Shown here: one piece after another, positions 46,293 to 58,774 of the stretch
How the letters are laid out: every line of letters begins with the position of its first letter
How positions within the stretch are numbered: the first letter of the stretch is position 1
IMG/VR virus record: IMGVR_UViG_3300036768_001490
Location: 64,001 to 128,000 of that record
Direction: 5' to 3' (one strand)
DNA: 64,000 nucleotides
Source: a virus
Program-made: the position numbers and the translations under genes
Notes under the pieces: model-generated
What the model saw: only the letters and a program-made list of their open reading frames with translations
Database searches by the model: none
Told to the model about the DNA's origin: nothing

Positions 46293-47159
46293 TCACGTCA
46301 TGATCCCGCGGCCGCGGCCGCGCGAGTGGCGCCCCTTGTCGTGTACGATGAAGCCGGCCAGCGCGCTGTAAGGGACCACCGCCGCGTGTTCCCCGACCCC
46401 GTGGGCCAGGTCCACCCGGGGCACGTCCGGGCAACGCTCCAGAGCCTTTTGCAAGACGTAGCAGTCGTCCCAGCGCTGGAGGCCGCGGTAGGACTTGCTG
46501 ACGTAACACTGCCGCATCCAGTCCAGGCAGACAGCCCCGCTCCGGTCGATGCGGTAGCCGACGACGCAACCCTCCAGGACCGGGCGCGTGCTGCGCAGGT
46601 AGAAAACGTCCGCCTGGCCGCGCTGGAACCACTCCCACAGCCGGTCCACGGACACGGCCTGCTGGAACTCGCAGTCGGCGTCGATCCAGACTAGCGTGTC
46701 CGCTGCCAGCGTGCCCGCCCGCGCCAGCTCCCAGGCCAGGTCCAGCGCCGCCATCTTGCGGAACCAGCGGCTGGCGTTGCGGCAAAACCACTGGCCGACG
46801 CAGGGCATGCGGTGCCGCTTGTCGTGCGGCCCGTACGGGCCGCCAGGGCACTGGCAGCCGCGCTCCTCCCGGCCGCCCAGGTGGGTCGGGATGATGTCCG
46901 CGTTGTCCTCCAGCCAGCGGCGCAGGAACTCCCGGCTGCCCAGGTCCACGGCCAGCACCCGCTGGTCCCCCGGAGGGGCGCCGGCGGCGGCCACCGCGTC
47001 CGGGTCCAGCCCCTCCGTGCAGGCCAGCAGCCGGCCCGCCGTCCCCTGGTCGCGGAAGGACGCCAGCAGGGGCGCGCCGCTGATAGCGTACATGTCGGCG
47101 GCAAAGGACGTCACCCACAAGGGACGCAGCACGTCAGGCGGCACGGACCGTTCCTCCAT
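46293..47159 (-). CDS. Nucleotide-diphospho-sugar transferase-like
   Basis: RWFRKMAAL, LVWIDAD DxD motif, WDDC. Confidence 0.65.
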   Translation of the reverse strand: MEERSVPPDVLRPLWVTSFAADMYAISGAPLLASFRDQGTAGRLLACTEGLDPDAVAAAGAPPGDQRVLAVDLGSREFLRRWLEDNADIIPTHLGGREERGCQCPGGPYGPHDKRHRMPCVGQWFCRNASRWFRKMAALDLAWELARAGTLAADTLVWIDADCEFQQAVSVDRLWEWFQRGQADVFYLRSTRPVLEGCVVGYRIDRSGAVCLDWMRQCYVSKSYRGLQRWDDCYVLQKALERCPDVPRVDLAHGVGEHAAVVPYSALAGFIVHDKGRHSRGRGRGIMT

Positions 47160-47403
47160 CCCCCTCTCCCGGGGCGGCAGCCATGACGTCGTACTCCTCC
47201 GGCCAGGGGCAGTAGCCGCCGTCCGCTGACCAATAGCGCCGGCCGTTCCGGCCGACGACCCAGACCTCCTGCCTGCTACCGTCCAGCAGAAGTAGTTCCC
47301 GGGCGGCCCGCACCGCCTCGGCCAGACAGCTCTGGCCCAGCTCCTGACGGCACACCCACGGCCCGCCCGGAAGACGGTGCATCGGCCAGTACAGAGGGAC
47401 CAT
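47134..47403 (-). CDS. Hypothetical protein
   Basis: 89 aa from ATG 47403. Confidence 0.5.
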   Translation of the reverse strand: MVPLYWPMHRLPGGPWVCRQELGQSCLAEAVRAARELLLLDGSRQEVWVVGRNGRRYWSADGGYCPWPEEYDVMAAAPGEGDGGTVRAA

Positions 47404-47408
47404 CCGCG

Positions 47409-48215
47409 TCACGCTCCCTTCTTCTTGCCGCCCTTGCTCAGAAAGCGGGCATAGTCCGGGTGCAGGCCATTGGTCGTCCGCCAGTCCTCCCGGACATTCC
47501 ACTTCGCCAGGGCCTGCCGCAACATGTCGTCGGTGACGTAGCCGGTGGCGATGGCCACGCTCAGCTCCAGCTGCCACTCCCGCGCGTACGGATGGTCGGG
47601 CCGATACCAGGGCTGCTCCGGCTCCTTGGTGTAGTGCAGGAGCTTGGTCTGGCCCGGCTGGTACACGTTGAGGTGGTTCCAGGCGTCCTCGATCCGCTGC
47701 GGCGGCGGCTCCATCCAGGTGCAGTGCATGAAGTCGGCGTACGCCTGCTTGCTGGGATGGCGGCGCAGATGGTCCAGCACCCGCGCGATGTCCCATCCCC
47801 ACTGGCCCCGGGCCGCCTCGCAGTCGATGACCATGACGCTGGACTGCGGCCAGGGAGCGGCCGAGAACTTGTCCGGCTGGTAGGTCAGCCAGGCCGACGT
47901 GCCGCGCGGACCCGGCACCTGCTCCGGCTTGGTCCACAGATCCCAGATGTCGGACAGGACCAGCTGGTCCGCGTCCAGGTAAATGGCACGGCCCTGCCAG
48001 TTGCAGGCGGCCGGGACCATCCAGCGGCGGAGAGAGAAGCCCGTCCCCTGGGTGAAGCCGTCCGTCGGGTACTCCCAGGCCGGTCCCAGCATGGGCGTGA
48101 ACTCGACCGTCATGTCCGTACGCCGCTGGATGCTGCACTCCAGTACCTTGCGAGCAATCTCTGTCTTGGGCTCCGTGCCGATGAAGATACGGATCCGTTC
48201 ACCCACGTACCTCAT
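47409..48215 (-). CDS. Glycosyltransferase family 8-like
   Basis: IRIFIG, TGFSLRRW, AIYLDADQL, SSVMVIDC, KLLHYT. Confidence 0.75.
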   Translation of the reverse strand: MRYVGERIRIFIGTEPKTEIARKVLECSIQRRTDMTVEFTPMLGPAWEYPTDGFTQGTGFSLRRWMVPAACNWQGRAIYLDADQLVLSDIWDLWTKPEQVPGPRGTSAWLTYQPDKFSAAPWPQSSVMVIDCEAARGQWGWDIARVLDHLRRHPSKQAYADFMHCTWMEPPPQRIEDAWNHLNVYQPGQTKLLHYTKEPEQPWYRPDHPYAREWQLELSVAIATGYVTDDMLRQALAKWNVREDWRTTNGLHPDYARFLSKGGKKKGA

Positions 48216-48229
48216 TGCTGGCAACCTCA

Positions 48230-48538
48230 CTACCTCCCCATGCTCCCAGGGAACGTGTCCGCGGCCGGGGGCGCTGGCCCGACCTCCTTCTCGTGCGGCC
48301 AGGGCGGCCGGCCGCCCGGCTCCTGGTGGTCCACGTCCACCAGGACGCCCGTGATCTCCGGCAGAGTGCAAGTGAATTCCCGGCCCGTAACCAGGCAGCG
48401 CAGCACCACCGGCATGACCCAGCGGCTGCGCGTCAGGTCGAAGCTGCGCACCTCGCAGATGGAGCCGTCCGGCACCCGCACCACCGTGCCGGGGCGCAGC
48501 ATCTGGAGCAAGGACCAGACGTCCACGCTCGCGTTCAT
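48230..48538 (-). CDS. Hypothetical small beta-rich protein
   Basis: 102 aa from ATG 48538. Confidence 0.5.
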   Translation of the reverse strand: MNASVDVWSLLQMLRPGTVVRVPDGSICEVRSFDLTRSRWVMPVVLRCLVTGREFTCTLPEITGVLVDVDHQEPGGRPPWPHEKEVGPAPPAADTFPGSMGR

Positions 48539-48572
48539 GCCCGCCTCCACCTCTCCCTCCCTTCCTCTCCCC

Positions 48573-49220
48573 TCATGCCAGCGCCGCCAGGTTGACCCAG
48601 ACCATGTGGTGCCGCGCCAGCGTCCGCTGGATTTCCTGGAACTGGCAGTCAAAGCTGTCCCGGCCGTTGGCCAGGCAGTGCCGAGGGTCCATGCCGGCAG
48701 CATAGGACGTACCGCCGTCGATCCCCAGCGTATACACTTCCTTGCAGCCGGCCAATGCCAGCAAGTTGAAGGCGGCCACCGCGCTGAAGTAGCGGACCCG
48801 CACCCGCCGGAGCCCGGGATGGTGACGCTGCCGCGGCACGCGCGTCGAGTTGTAAGACCACAGGCGGCCGGCAGCGGCCAGGTGGTCCAGGCCGCCCCAG
48901 CCGTCCCGCACCAGCTCCTCCAGGGTGAAATGGCCAGGGCCCATGTTCCGGTGCGGCACCCAGGGGAGGACCACGTCCGGGACATGGGGCAGGACCACGC
49001 CGTCCGCGGACAGGACGTCCGCGCGGCAGTCCAGGTACGCCTCCAGGTCCATGAAGTGGACGCAGGTGGCCGGCCAGACCCGGCACGCATGGTTGAGGGC
49101 CAGGACGTGAAAGCGGTCGAGGTCGAAGCAGTCCCGCAGGTCCAGCGACGGCCCCTTGCCCAGGACCAGCCAGGGCCTGGAACGGTACGTGCCCAGCCGC
49201 TCCACCGCGTCACCGATCAC
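48573..49220 (-). CDS. MptE/DUF115-like protein (second copy)
   Basis: WLVLGKGPS, VLALNHA, AGCKEVYTLGIDG. Confidence 0.65.
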   Translation of the reverse strand: MIGDAVERLGTYRSRPWLVLGKGPSLDLRDCFDLDRFHVLALNHACRVWPATCVHFMDLEAYLDCRADVLSADGVVLPHVPDVVLPWVPHRNMGPGHFTLEELVRDGWGGLDHLAAAGRLWSYNSTRVPRQRHHPGLRRVRVRYFSAVAAFNLLALAGCKEVYTLGIDGGTSYAAGMDPRHCLANGRDSFDCQFQEIQRTLARHHMVWVNLAALA

Positions 49221-49250
49221 ACGGAGGCCCTCTCTTTCCCGCCCATCTGC

Positions 49251-50267
49251 CTACCACACCCTGCCGTCCACCACGCGCAGGTTCTCCACATGGAAGCCGC
49301 CGTCCCGGGAAATCTCGACGTAGGCGAAGCCGTGGTTCCAGTTGTTGAGCGGCGCATACTCCGGATGCATGTCGCACAGGCAACCCGTGGAGAAGGTGGT
49401 GATGACCCGCTGCTCCAGGTCTTTCTCGCTGTGCTCGCTGCTGTGATGGAAATGGCCGCCCAGTACATGAGTCTTGGCCCGAAGGAAGAAGCCCCGGGCC
49501 GGGTTGACCGGATTGGAAATGCGGAAGCGGTACTCATGCCCGTGGATGACGTTCAGCTTGCCCAGCTGGATCGGCCTCCGGTCGGCCACCACCTGGATGC
49601 GCTGCTTCTTTAGCCCGACTACATTGTCCCAGCTGAAGGCGGGCACGTCCAGCAGCTCCGGCGCCTTGACCCGCATGTAGCGCTCGTACCTCTCCTCGTG
49701 GTTGCCAAGCTTGTAGACGATGCGGGCCCGAGGAAACTGCCGCCGCAGGCCAGACAGGAAGTATTGCAGGCTGCACAGCTCTTCCCAGAAGTCGCGCTTG
49801 CGCGGGTCACGCTCCCAGTGACTCACCGCATAGTGGTCGGCAATGTCGCCGTTGAGCAAGAGGAAGTTCACCTTGCGCGCAGCGGCAAGGTCCAGGGCCA
49901 GACGCAGGCTGGTCTCGTTGTGATAAGGGATGTGCAGGTCAGACAAGACCAGGGCGCGCATGGGGCCCGGAAAAGACACCGCCCGCCAGGAGTCGAAGTA
50001 GGACTGGGGCGGCGGGACCACGTTCTGCCAGGGGTCGCCCGGCCGCCGCGCGGGCCGGCGGCGAGAACTGTCCCCCTGCGGCCGACGGCTGGACGCGCCC
50101 GCCTGGCCCAGACGCCGACGGACCAGCGTGCGGGCATGCTCGATGCTGTTGAACAGCTCAGGGTGCTCCCGCACCGCCTTGCGCGCCAGGGTCAGGGCCG
50201 GCGCGTCCGGGAACCGATCAAGCAGCTCATCGACCACGGCGCCGGCTGCCGTCATGCGCCTGGCCAC
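49251..50267 (-). CDS. Calcineurin-like metallophosphoesterase
   Basis: SDLHIP, GDIAD, GNHE, IHGH, GGHFH. Confidence 0.85.
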   Translation of the reverse strand: MARRMTAAGAVVDELLDRFPDAPALTLARKAVREHPELFNSIEHARTLVRRRLGQAGASSRRPQGDSSRRRPARRPGDPWQNVVPPPQSYFDSWRAVSFPGPMRALVLSDLHIPYHNETSLRLALDLAAARKVNFLLLNGDIADHYAVSHWERDPRKRDFWEELCSLQYFLSGLRRQFPRARIVYKLGNHEERYERYMRVKAPELLDVPAFSWDNVVGLKKQRIQVVADRRPIQLGKLNVIHGHEYRFRISNPVNPARGFFLRAKTHVLGGHFHHSSEHSEKDLEQRVITTFSTGCLCDMHPEYAPLNNWNHGFAYVEISRDGGFHVENLRVVDGRVW

Positions 50268-50284
50268 GGACCGCCTCCTTGTCG

Positions 50285-50677
50285 TTACACCCGCGCCTGC
50301 ACCCGCATCCCGCCCTGGTCGTGCCGCTCGATGTCAGACGGGTCAACGGCGTCGGTCCAGTACCATTCCACCAGTTCCACGTCGGTGACAGCCTCGAAGC
50401 GGTGCCACTCGCCCCGTCCGCAGACCAGCTTCTGACCCGCCGTGAGACGGACCGTGGCGCACGGGTCCTGGTCCCCACGCTGACGGTAAAAATGGACCAG
50501 CAGCTCACCGCGGACCACGTAAAAGGCGTTAGACTTGTCGCGGTGACAGTGCTGGCTGCTGTAACCGCCCGCCCGGATGGAAGCGTGGTGGACCTCGAAA
50601 GCGTGGCTGCGCTCCAGACCACGGTTGGTCCCCCAGGACTTCTCCAAGGCCACCGGCTCCGTCACTTCCGCTGGCAT
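50285..50677 (-). CDS. Cupin (mannose-6-phosphate isomerase-like)
   Basis: EKSWG, SSQHCHRDK..FYVVRG, GEWHRF. Confidence 0.75.
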   Translation of the reverse strand: MPAEVTEPVALEKSWGTNRGLERSHAFEVHHASIRAGGYSSQHCHRDKSNAFYVVRGELLVHFYRQRGDQDPCATVRLTAGQKLVCGRGEWHRFEAVTDVELVEWYWTDAVDPSDIERHDQGGMRVQARV

Positions 50678-50721
50678 GCTCTCTTCTCCCCGGCGAAGAA
50701 CACCACGGCCGGCCCAGCGCC

Positions 50722-51345
50722 TCATTCCGTCACGGCCGGCGGCAGGCTCAGGGAGGACTGCCACGGCGGCGCCGGCGCTGCCAGCACCGCGCACCAGTAG
50801 GGCCGGCCCGAGCTGTCATAGGACAGGCCGAAGCCGGCATGCTGGTAGGCCGTGTCCTGGATGTTCTGCCGGTGGCCCGGACTGCTCAGCCAGGCCGCCA
50901 CCACCTGCTCCGGCCCCCGCTGGCCCAGGGCAATGTTCTCTCCACCCGTGCGCAGGCGATAACCCGCCAGGTGGACCCGTTCGGCAAGATTACGGCCAAA
51001 GAAGCCCGGCGTCCCCGTCTCCTGCCAGTGCTCCAGGGACCGGTTCAGAGACATCCAGTCCGCATGCTTCTGGGCCGCCAGGTGCAGCTTCCGGTCCAAA
51101 GACAGCGGACGCGCGCCGACCTGGGCGCGAGCCCGGTTGTGCAGCTCCAGCAGCCGGTAAGAAGTCGCGTCCGGTGCCGGCTCCGGCGGCGGAGGAGCTG
51201 GCAAAGGCGGCGGGGCCGAGGGGGACGCCGGGGGCGGAGCAGGCGCGGGCGACGGCGCCCCGCCCAGCGCGGATAGCAGCCAGTCCAGCAGGCTGCCACC
51301 AAGCTGAATGCACAACTGCCACAGGCTCTGCCAGAGCGACGACAT
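50722..51345 (-). CDS. CAP/SCP-domain protein with Pro-rich linker
   Basis: LHNRARA, LHLAAQKHADWM, GENIA, WLSSPGHRQNI. Confidence 0.85.
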   Translation of the reverse strand: MSSLWQSLWQLCIQLGGSLLDWLLSALGGAPSPAPAPPPASPSAPPPLPAPPPPEPAPDATSYRLLELHNRARAQVGARPLSLDRKLHLAAQKHADWMSLNRSLEHWQETGTPGFFGRNLAERVHLAGYRLRTGGENIALGQRGPEQVVAAWLSSPGHRQNIQDTAYQHAGFGLSYDSSGRPYWCAVLAAPAPPWQSSLSLPPAVTE

Positions 51346-51399
51346 GGAACGGTCCTCCTCTTCTTTTTTCCTCCCCTGTGCCTGCCACTCCCACCGGCC

Positions 51400-52383
51400 T
51401 CAGCGGCCGCCGCCAGCGGGCAGGCGCCGGTACTGCTGGAAGTAGTCGTGCGCCGGATAGACGAAGCAGCCGTACTCCAGCGTGTCCGCGGGACGGTGAA
51501 TGCCGTCGTCGATGTCCTGGTTGCTGGGCAACTTGCCCGTAAAGGGACGCACCGCGACGGCGTGAGACGGTGGCGGCAGGAAGGACCGCCAGACGGCGGC
51601 GCCGGCCGTGTCCCGCCGCAACAGGAGAGACGGATCCTGCTCGCGCGGGCTGAAGGCGTACGCCCGCCCGGTCCAGGCCGAGACGAACCACTGCCAGGTG
51701 TGCGTGTAGTCGCTGTCCGGATAGTTCGGGTCGATGTAGCGCACCACCCAGTCCCGCGTCCGGTAGCCCTGGCCGTTGTCGAAATCGACCTTGTTGGATG
51801 TGATGTGCGTCAGCAGGATGGCGTGGTTCCCCTCCCGCACGGTAGAGATGCTGGCCACGACGGGCAGCCCCTCCCGCAACTGCTGCATCAGCCAGTCATA
51901 CCCCGCCCGGGTGTTGCCGTGCGGGTTGGTCCGCGCCCGCACACGCAGCGTCCGCAGCCAGTAGGCCACCGCCTCGTCCGTAGCTCCCGAGTGGAAGCCG
52001 ATGCCGCTCTCGACCACCTGGCGCGTGATCGTGGTCAGCGGCGCGATGCCGGCGTGCCGCCCCGCCATCTCCGCGCAGCACCACCAGCAGATGCCGTGGT
52101 CCCGACGGTTGCCCACACGCTCCTGCACGGTGATCGGGGCTTCCTGCCCCCGCGCCGCTGCCGCCAGCAGCAGACAGACAGCCACGACCAACACGTGGAC
52201 GACCGCGGCTACCCAGAACAGCCGCCGTGCCAGCGGACATTTGCCACTGCCTCCACGGGCAGCGTCCTTCTCTTCCCGCAACGGACGGGAACAGGCCCTC
52301 CGGCACACGCCCCGCGACGGACAGGAGGCCCGGCAACGTCCACCACCGTCCGCGTCCGGCCCCACGCCCACGCCACCTGCCAT
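51400..52383 (-). CDS. Papain-fold (C39-like) cysteine peptidase with signal anchor
   Basis: AAGGAGG SD before ATG 52383; GICWWCCAEM, NHAILL, YIDPN. Confidence 0.6.
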   Translation of the reverse strand: MAGGVGVGPDADGGGRCRASCPSRGVCRRACSRPLREEKDAARGGSGKCPLARRLFWVAAVVHVLVVAVCLLLAAAARGQEAPITVQERVGNRRDHGICWWCCAEMAGRHAGIAPLTTITRQVVESGIGFHSGATDEAVAYWLRTLRVRARTNPHGNTRAGYDWLMQQLREGLPVVASISTVREGNHAILLTHITSNKVDFDNGQGYRTRDWVVRYIDPNYPDSDYTHTWQWFVSAWTGRAYAFSPREQDPSLLLRRDTAGAAVWRSFLPPPSHAVAVRPFTGKLPSNQDIDDGIHRPADTLEYGCFVYPAHDYFQQYRRLPAGGGR

Positions 52384-52560
52384 ACCCTGACCTCCTTGTG
52401 GAGCAGGCACGGCCATCCTGGCCATCCGCGAGGACTGCTCCATCTCCTCATCCTGCCGAACTCAGACCAGCGCTCCACGGCGCCTGGCCTTCCCCCTCAC
52501 AAGCTGCAAGGTGGCGGTCTTAGAAGTTATGGAGAACGGGTTAAGCTACCCCGCTAGAGA

Positions 52561-52608
52561 GAATAGCTAAAAGAAAGACCCCGATCAATCCAACAAGGAT
52601 GATCGGGG
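52561..52608 (-). terminator. Intrinsic terminator after Ro60 gene
   Basis: CCCCGATCA/TGATCGGGG stem then TCTTTCTTTT. Confidence 0.75.
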
Positions 52609-52659
52609 CCAAAGGAGTCTGGAAGCAAGCCCGCCGAGGCAAGCAGATGGCCAAACGGT

Positions 52660-54345
52660 CTAAATCTCGACTGCCTTGACCATGTCCACGAACCGCTGGC
52701 TGTCGTCAGCCAGGTGCGCGGCCATGACCTCAAAGACCACGTCGCTGAAGCCGCCGATATTCAGCGTTTCGGCAGTCTCCGGGGCCTGGGAGCTGCCGCC
52801 CATCTGCAAGTCACAGCAGATGAGCTTCGGCCGCGGAAACCGACCCAACCGCCGCTGGTTGGCCACAAACTTATCCCACTCATGCACGAGTGCCGTGACA
52901 CAGTGGAACATCCTCACTGACGGCGTTACCCAGCTCTGATTGTCAGAGATCAGGATAACACCGCAGAACGCCCGATCCTTGAGTTTCTCGTTGGCGTGCG
53001 CAACCGGCAAATGGCAGTCGGTGCCGCCACCGCCGAAGCGCGAAAGCCGAGTCGAGATGCTCAGAATCTGATCGCCCGGGTCAGCGCTGAACGGACGGAC
53101 CCAGTCGCTGAATGGCACGACGACCGAGTCGGGATTCTTGCGCAGAATCGCTGCTGAGATCAGCGCCGCCACGTCGATGCACCGCATCTTCGAGGACTGC
53201 CCCGGCTTGTCACGGCGTCCCGTGATCGGCGCAAGCATGGAACCGGAGACGTCGCAGCCAATGACGACAGGGCCAGGGAACTTCGGCACCGCCTCGCACG
53301 CCACCTCCGCGGCATCGTTGAGGGCCTTGCGGATGCAGTACGGGATCTCCTCGCTGGCGTTCAGATACGCCGCGAAGAACTGGTACGGCATCTGCTTGGA
53401 CCGACGGACCTCGTTCATGTCGGCAAGACGGCTGGCCACCTCATCGACCATGCGCGGGTCCCGGAATACACCGTGGCGGTTGAGCGTATTCAGGTTCATG
53501 CGCAACGCCTGGTAGCCCATGTTCCTGGCTATCTCCGCCCACACCGGACTCGGACGGACCAGGCGCCGGGTGGCGCCACAACCCTCGTACACCTCGCCCT
53601 TGACCGCGTCCACCAGGAGATCCCAGCGGATGTAGGTCTTGGCGAACTGCCGCGCAAGCTGCACCTGCTCGTCCGGGTCCGTGGTGCCGCGGAACCGGTC
53701 GAGCAGCCGGATCTCCAGCGGGAGATCGTCGTAGGTAGCCGGCCTCCACTTCTCGACCGGATTGCCGCACAGCCAGCCATACAACGCGCGACGGGCATTG
53801 TTGGGCGGCGTCGGCCGCACCAGGCGCAGCACGTCGCGCAACGACGGGTTCTTGCCGACCGAGGCCGACAGGAGCTTGTCGTCGCTAGCGTTGTTCAGCA
53901 GCCTGGACATGACCCGCTGCTTGGCGTGGCTGAAGCACCGCTTCCTGGTGCCGGCGCCGCTGCGCACCATCTGGAAGGCCGTCAGGATCATCTTGCCACT
54001 GTCCACGACACGGTCAGCAATCCGGTCCCACAGCTTGATGTCCATATCGGCGAGCTTCGCCCAACCCGCCGCCGGGGCGTCCTTGAGCAAACCGTCCCGA
54101 CGCGCGGCAATGCACGCCTTGGCCAAGAACTCGGGCGTCACGCACGCTGCCAGCTCGTGAAACCTGGCAAGCTGCTCGGCGCCGCTCTCGTAGTACGCCC
54201 CGTTGAAGCAGGACGTGAACAGGAACTGTGCCAGGGCATGTTCGGACCCGTAAGCGTAAGCCGAGCCGCCAGCCTGATTGATGGCATCAACCGGGCGGTC
54301 AACCAGGGCGGACGAACTGGTGCCGAAGAGGGACTTGCTGGCCAC
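52660..54345 (-). CDS. rsr: Ro60/TROVE RNA-binding protein with vWA domain
   Basis: NQAGGSAY..EHALAQ, ALRMNLNTLNRHG, PYQFFAAY, CDVSGSM, ISDNQSW; AAGGAGG SD, GTG start. Confidence 0.9.
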   Translation of the reverse strand: MASKSLFGTSSSALVDRPVDAINQAGGSAYAYGSEHALAQFLFTSCFNGAYYESGAEQLARFHELAACVTPEFLAKACIAARRDGLLKDAPAAGWAKLADMDIKLWDRIADRVVDSGKMILTAFQMVRSGAGTRKRCFSHAKQRVMSRLLNNASDDKLLSASVGKNPSLRDVLRLVRPTPPNNARRALYGWLCGNPVEKWRPATYDDLPLEIRLLDRFRGTTDPDEQVQLARQFAKTYIRWDLLVDAVKGEVYEGCGATRRLVRPSPVWAEIARNMGYQALRMNLNTLNRHGVFRDPRMVDEVASRLADMNEVRRSKQMPYQFFAAYLNASEEIPYCIRKALNDAAEVACEAVPKFPGPVVIGCDVSGSMLAPITGRRDKPGQSSKMRCIDVAALISAAILRKNPDSVVVPFSDWVRPFSADPGDQILSISTRLSRFGGGGTDCHLPVAHANEKLKDRAFCGVILISDNQSWVTPSVRMFHCVTALVHEWDKFVANQRRLGRFPRPKLICCDLQMGGSSQAPETAETLNIGGFSDVVFEVMAAHLADDSQRFVDMVKAVEI

Positions 54346-54464
54346 GGTGTTGGCCTCCTTGGGTCATTGGAGTAAGCGCAGGTCGAACCCGTATCCCATC
54401 ACTGGCGGTGAGTACGCTCCACCGAGACAGTCAGATTGTTCACACAACGGGAGTCGAAGGGCGA

Positions 54465-54529
54465 ATACCGACGAGTTCTCGAAGCAGCCTTTCTATCCTC
54501 AAGATGAAAGCCGCCCCGACAGTCGGTAT
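54465..54529 (-). ncRNA. Y-RNA-like stem-loop B
   Basis: ATACCGAC/GTCGGTAT closing stem, internal loop, 12-bp G.U-rich upper stem. Confidence 0.5.
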
Positions 54530-54594
54530 GCTCCTTTCAGAATCAGACCATTCGGAGTCTCTTGATCTTCCAACTGCTGAGCCGCCGAAGGTTC

Positions 54595-54648
54595 GCCATG
54601 ACCAAGGACTCGAACCCAGAACAGAGAGATTACGGGCCCAAGAATGGC
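54595..54648 (-). ncRNA. tRNA-like module (acceptor-like stem + T-loop, no anticodon arm)
   Basis: GCCAT/ATGGC stem enclosing GGTTCGAGTCC. Confidence 0.4.
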
Positions 54649-54664
54649 AGCCAGGTTAACTGGG

Positions 54665-54725
54665 TCCCGACGAATTCGTCGCGGCAGAGAAACATTCAGC
54701 ATGTACTCCGCCACAGCAGTCGGGA
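54665..54725 (-). ncRNA. Y-RNA-like stem-loop A
   Basis: TCCCGAC/GTCGGGA closing stem, internal loop, GTGGCGGAG/CTCTGCCGC stem. Confidence 0.5.
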
Positions 54726-54737
54726 TGCCTATAAAAC

Positions 54738-54765
54738 ATGGTAGCGGGACGAGTGCCAAAATCAA
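54738..54765 (-). promoter_or_regulatory. Promoter candidate for the ncRNA-Ro60 unit
   Basis: TTGATT-16 nt-TACCAT. Confidence 0.5.
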
Positions 54766-54799
54766 GAGGTTCGCGCCAGAAATCCGGCGCGAACCTCTT
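54760..54799 (-). terminator. Terminator after 1266-aa gene
   Basis: 14-bp AAGAGGTTCGCGCC stem then GATTTT. Confidence 0.65.
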
Positions 54800-54851
54800 C
54801 TCGCCGCATGGGACAATGACTTCCTTCCGTCTGCCACGCCCGCAGCCAGCC

Positions 54852-58652
<3,801 letters not shown>

Positions 58653-58774
58653 GCTTACCTTCCCGGGACAGGATGGCCAGAAGTGTCAGGAGACATCATC
58701 ACTGTCGCCAGGCCAGGGACAGCAGCAGGGATGGTGGGAGGGCTGGCAGCCATCCCACCATCCCTGCCACGTTC

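Noticed and set aside
52209-52478. Apparent frameshift at the start of the C39-like peptidase
   Set aside because: An in-frame ATG with AAGGAGG SD exists at 52383
54370-54650. Canonical tRNA genes
   Set aside because: T-loop-like motifs present, but no D-arm/anticodon cloverleaf could be built
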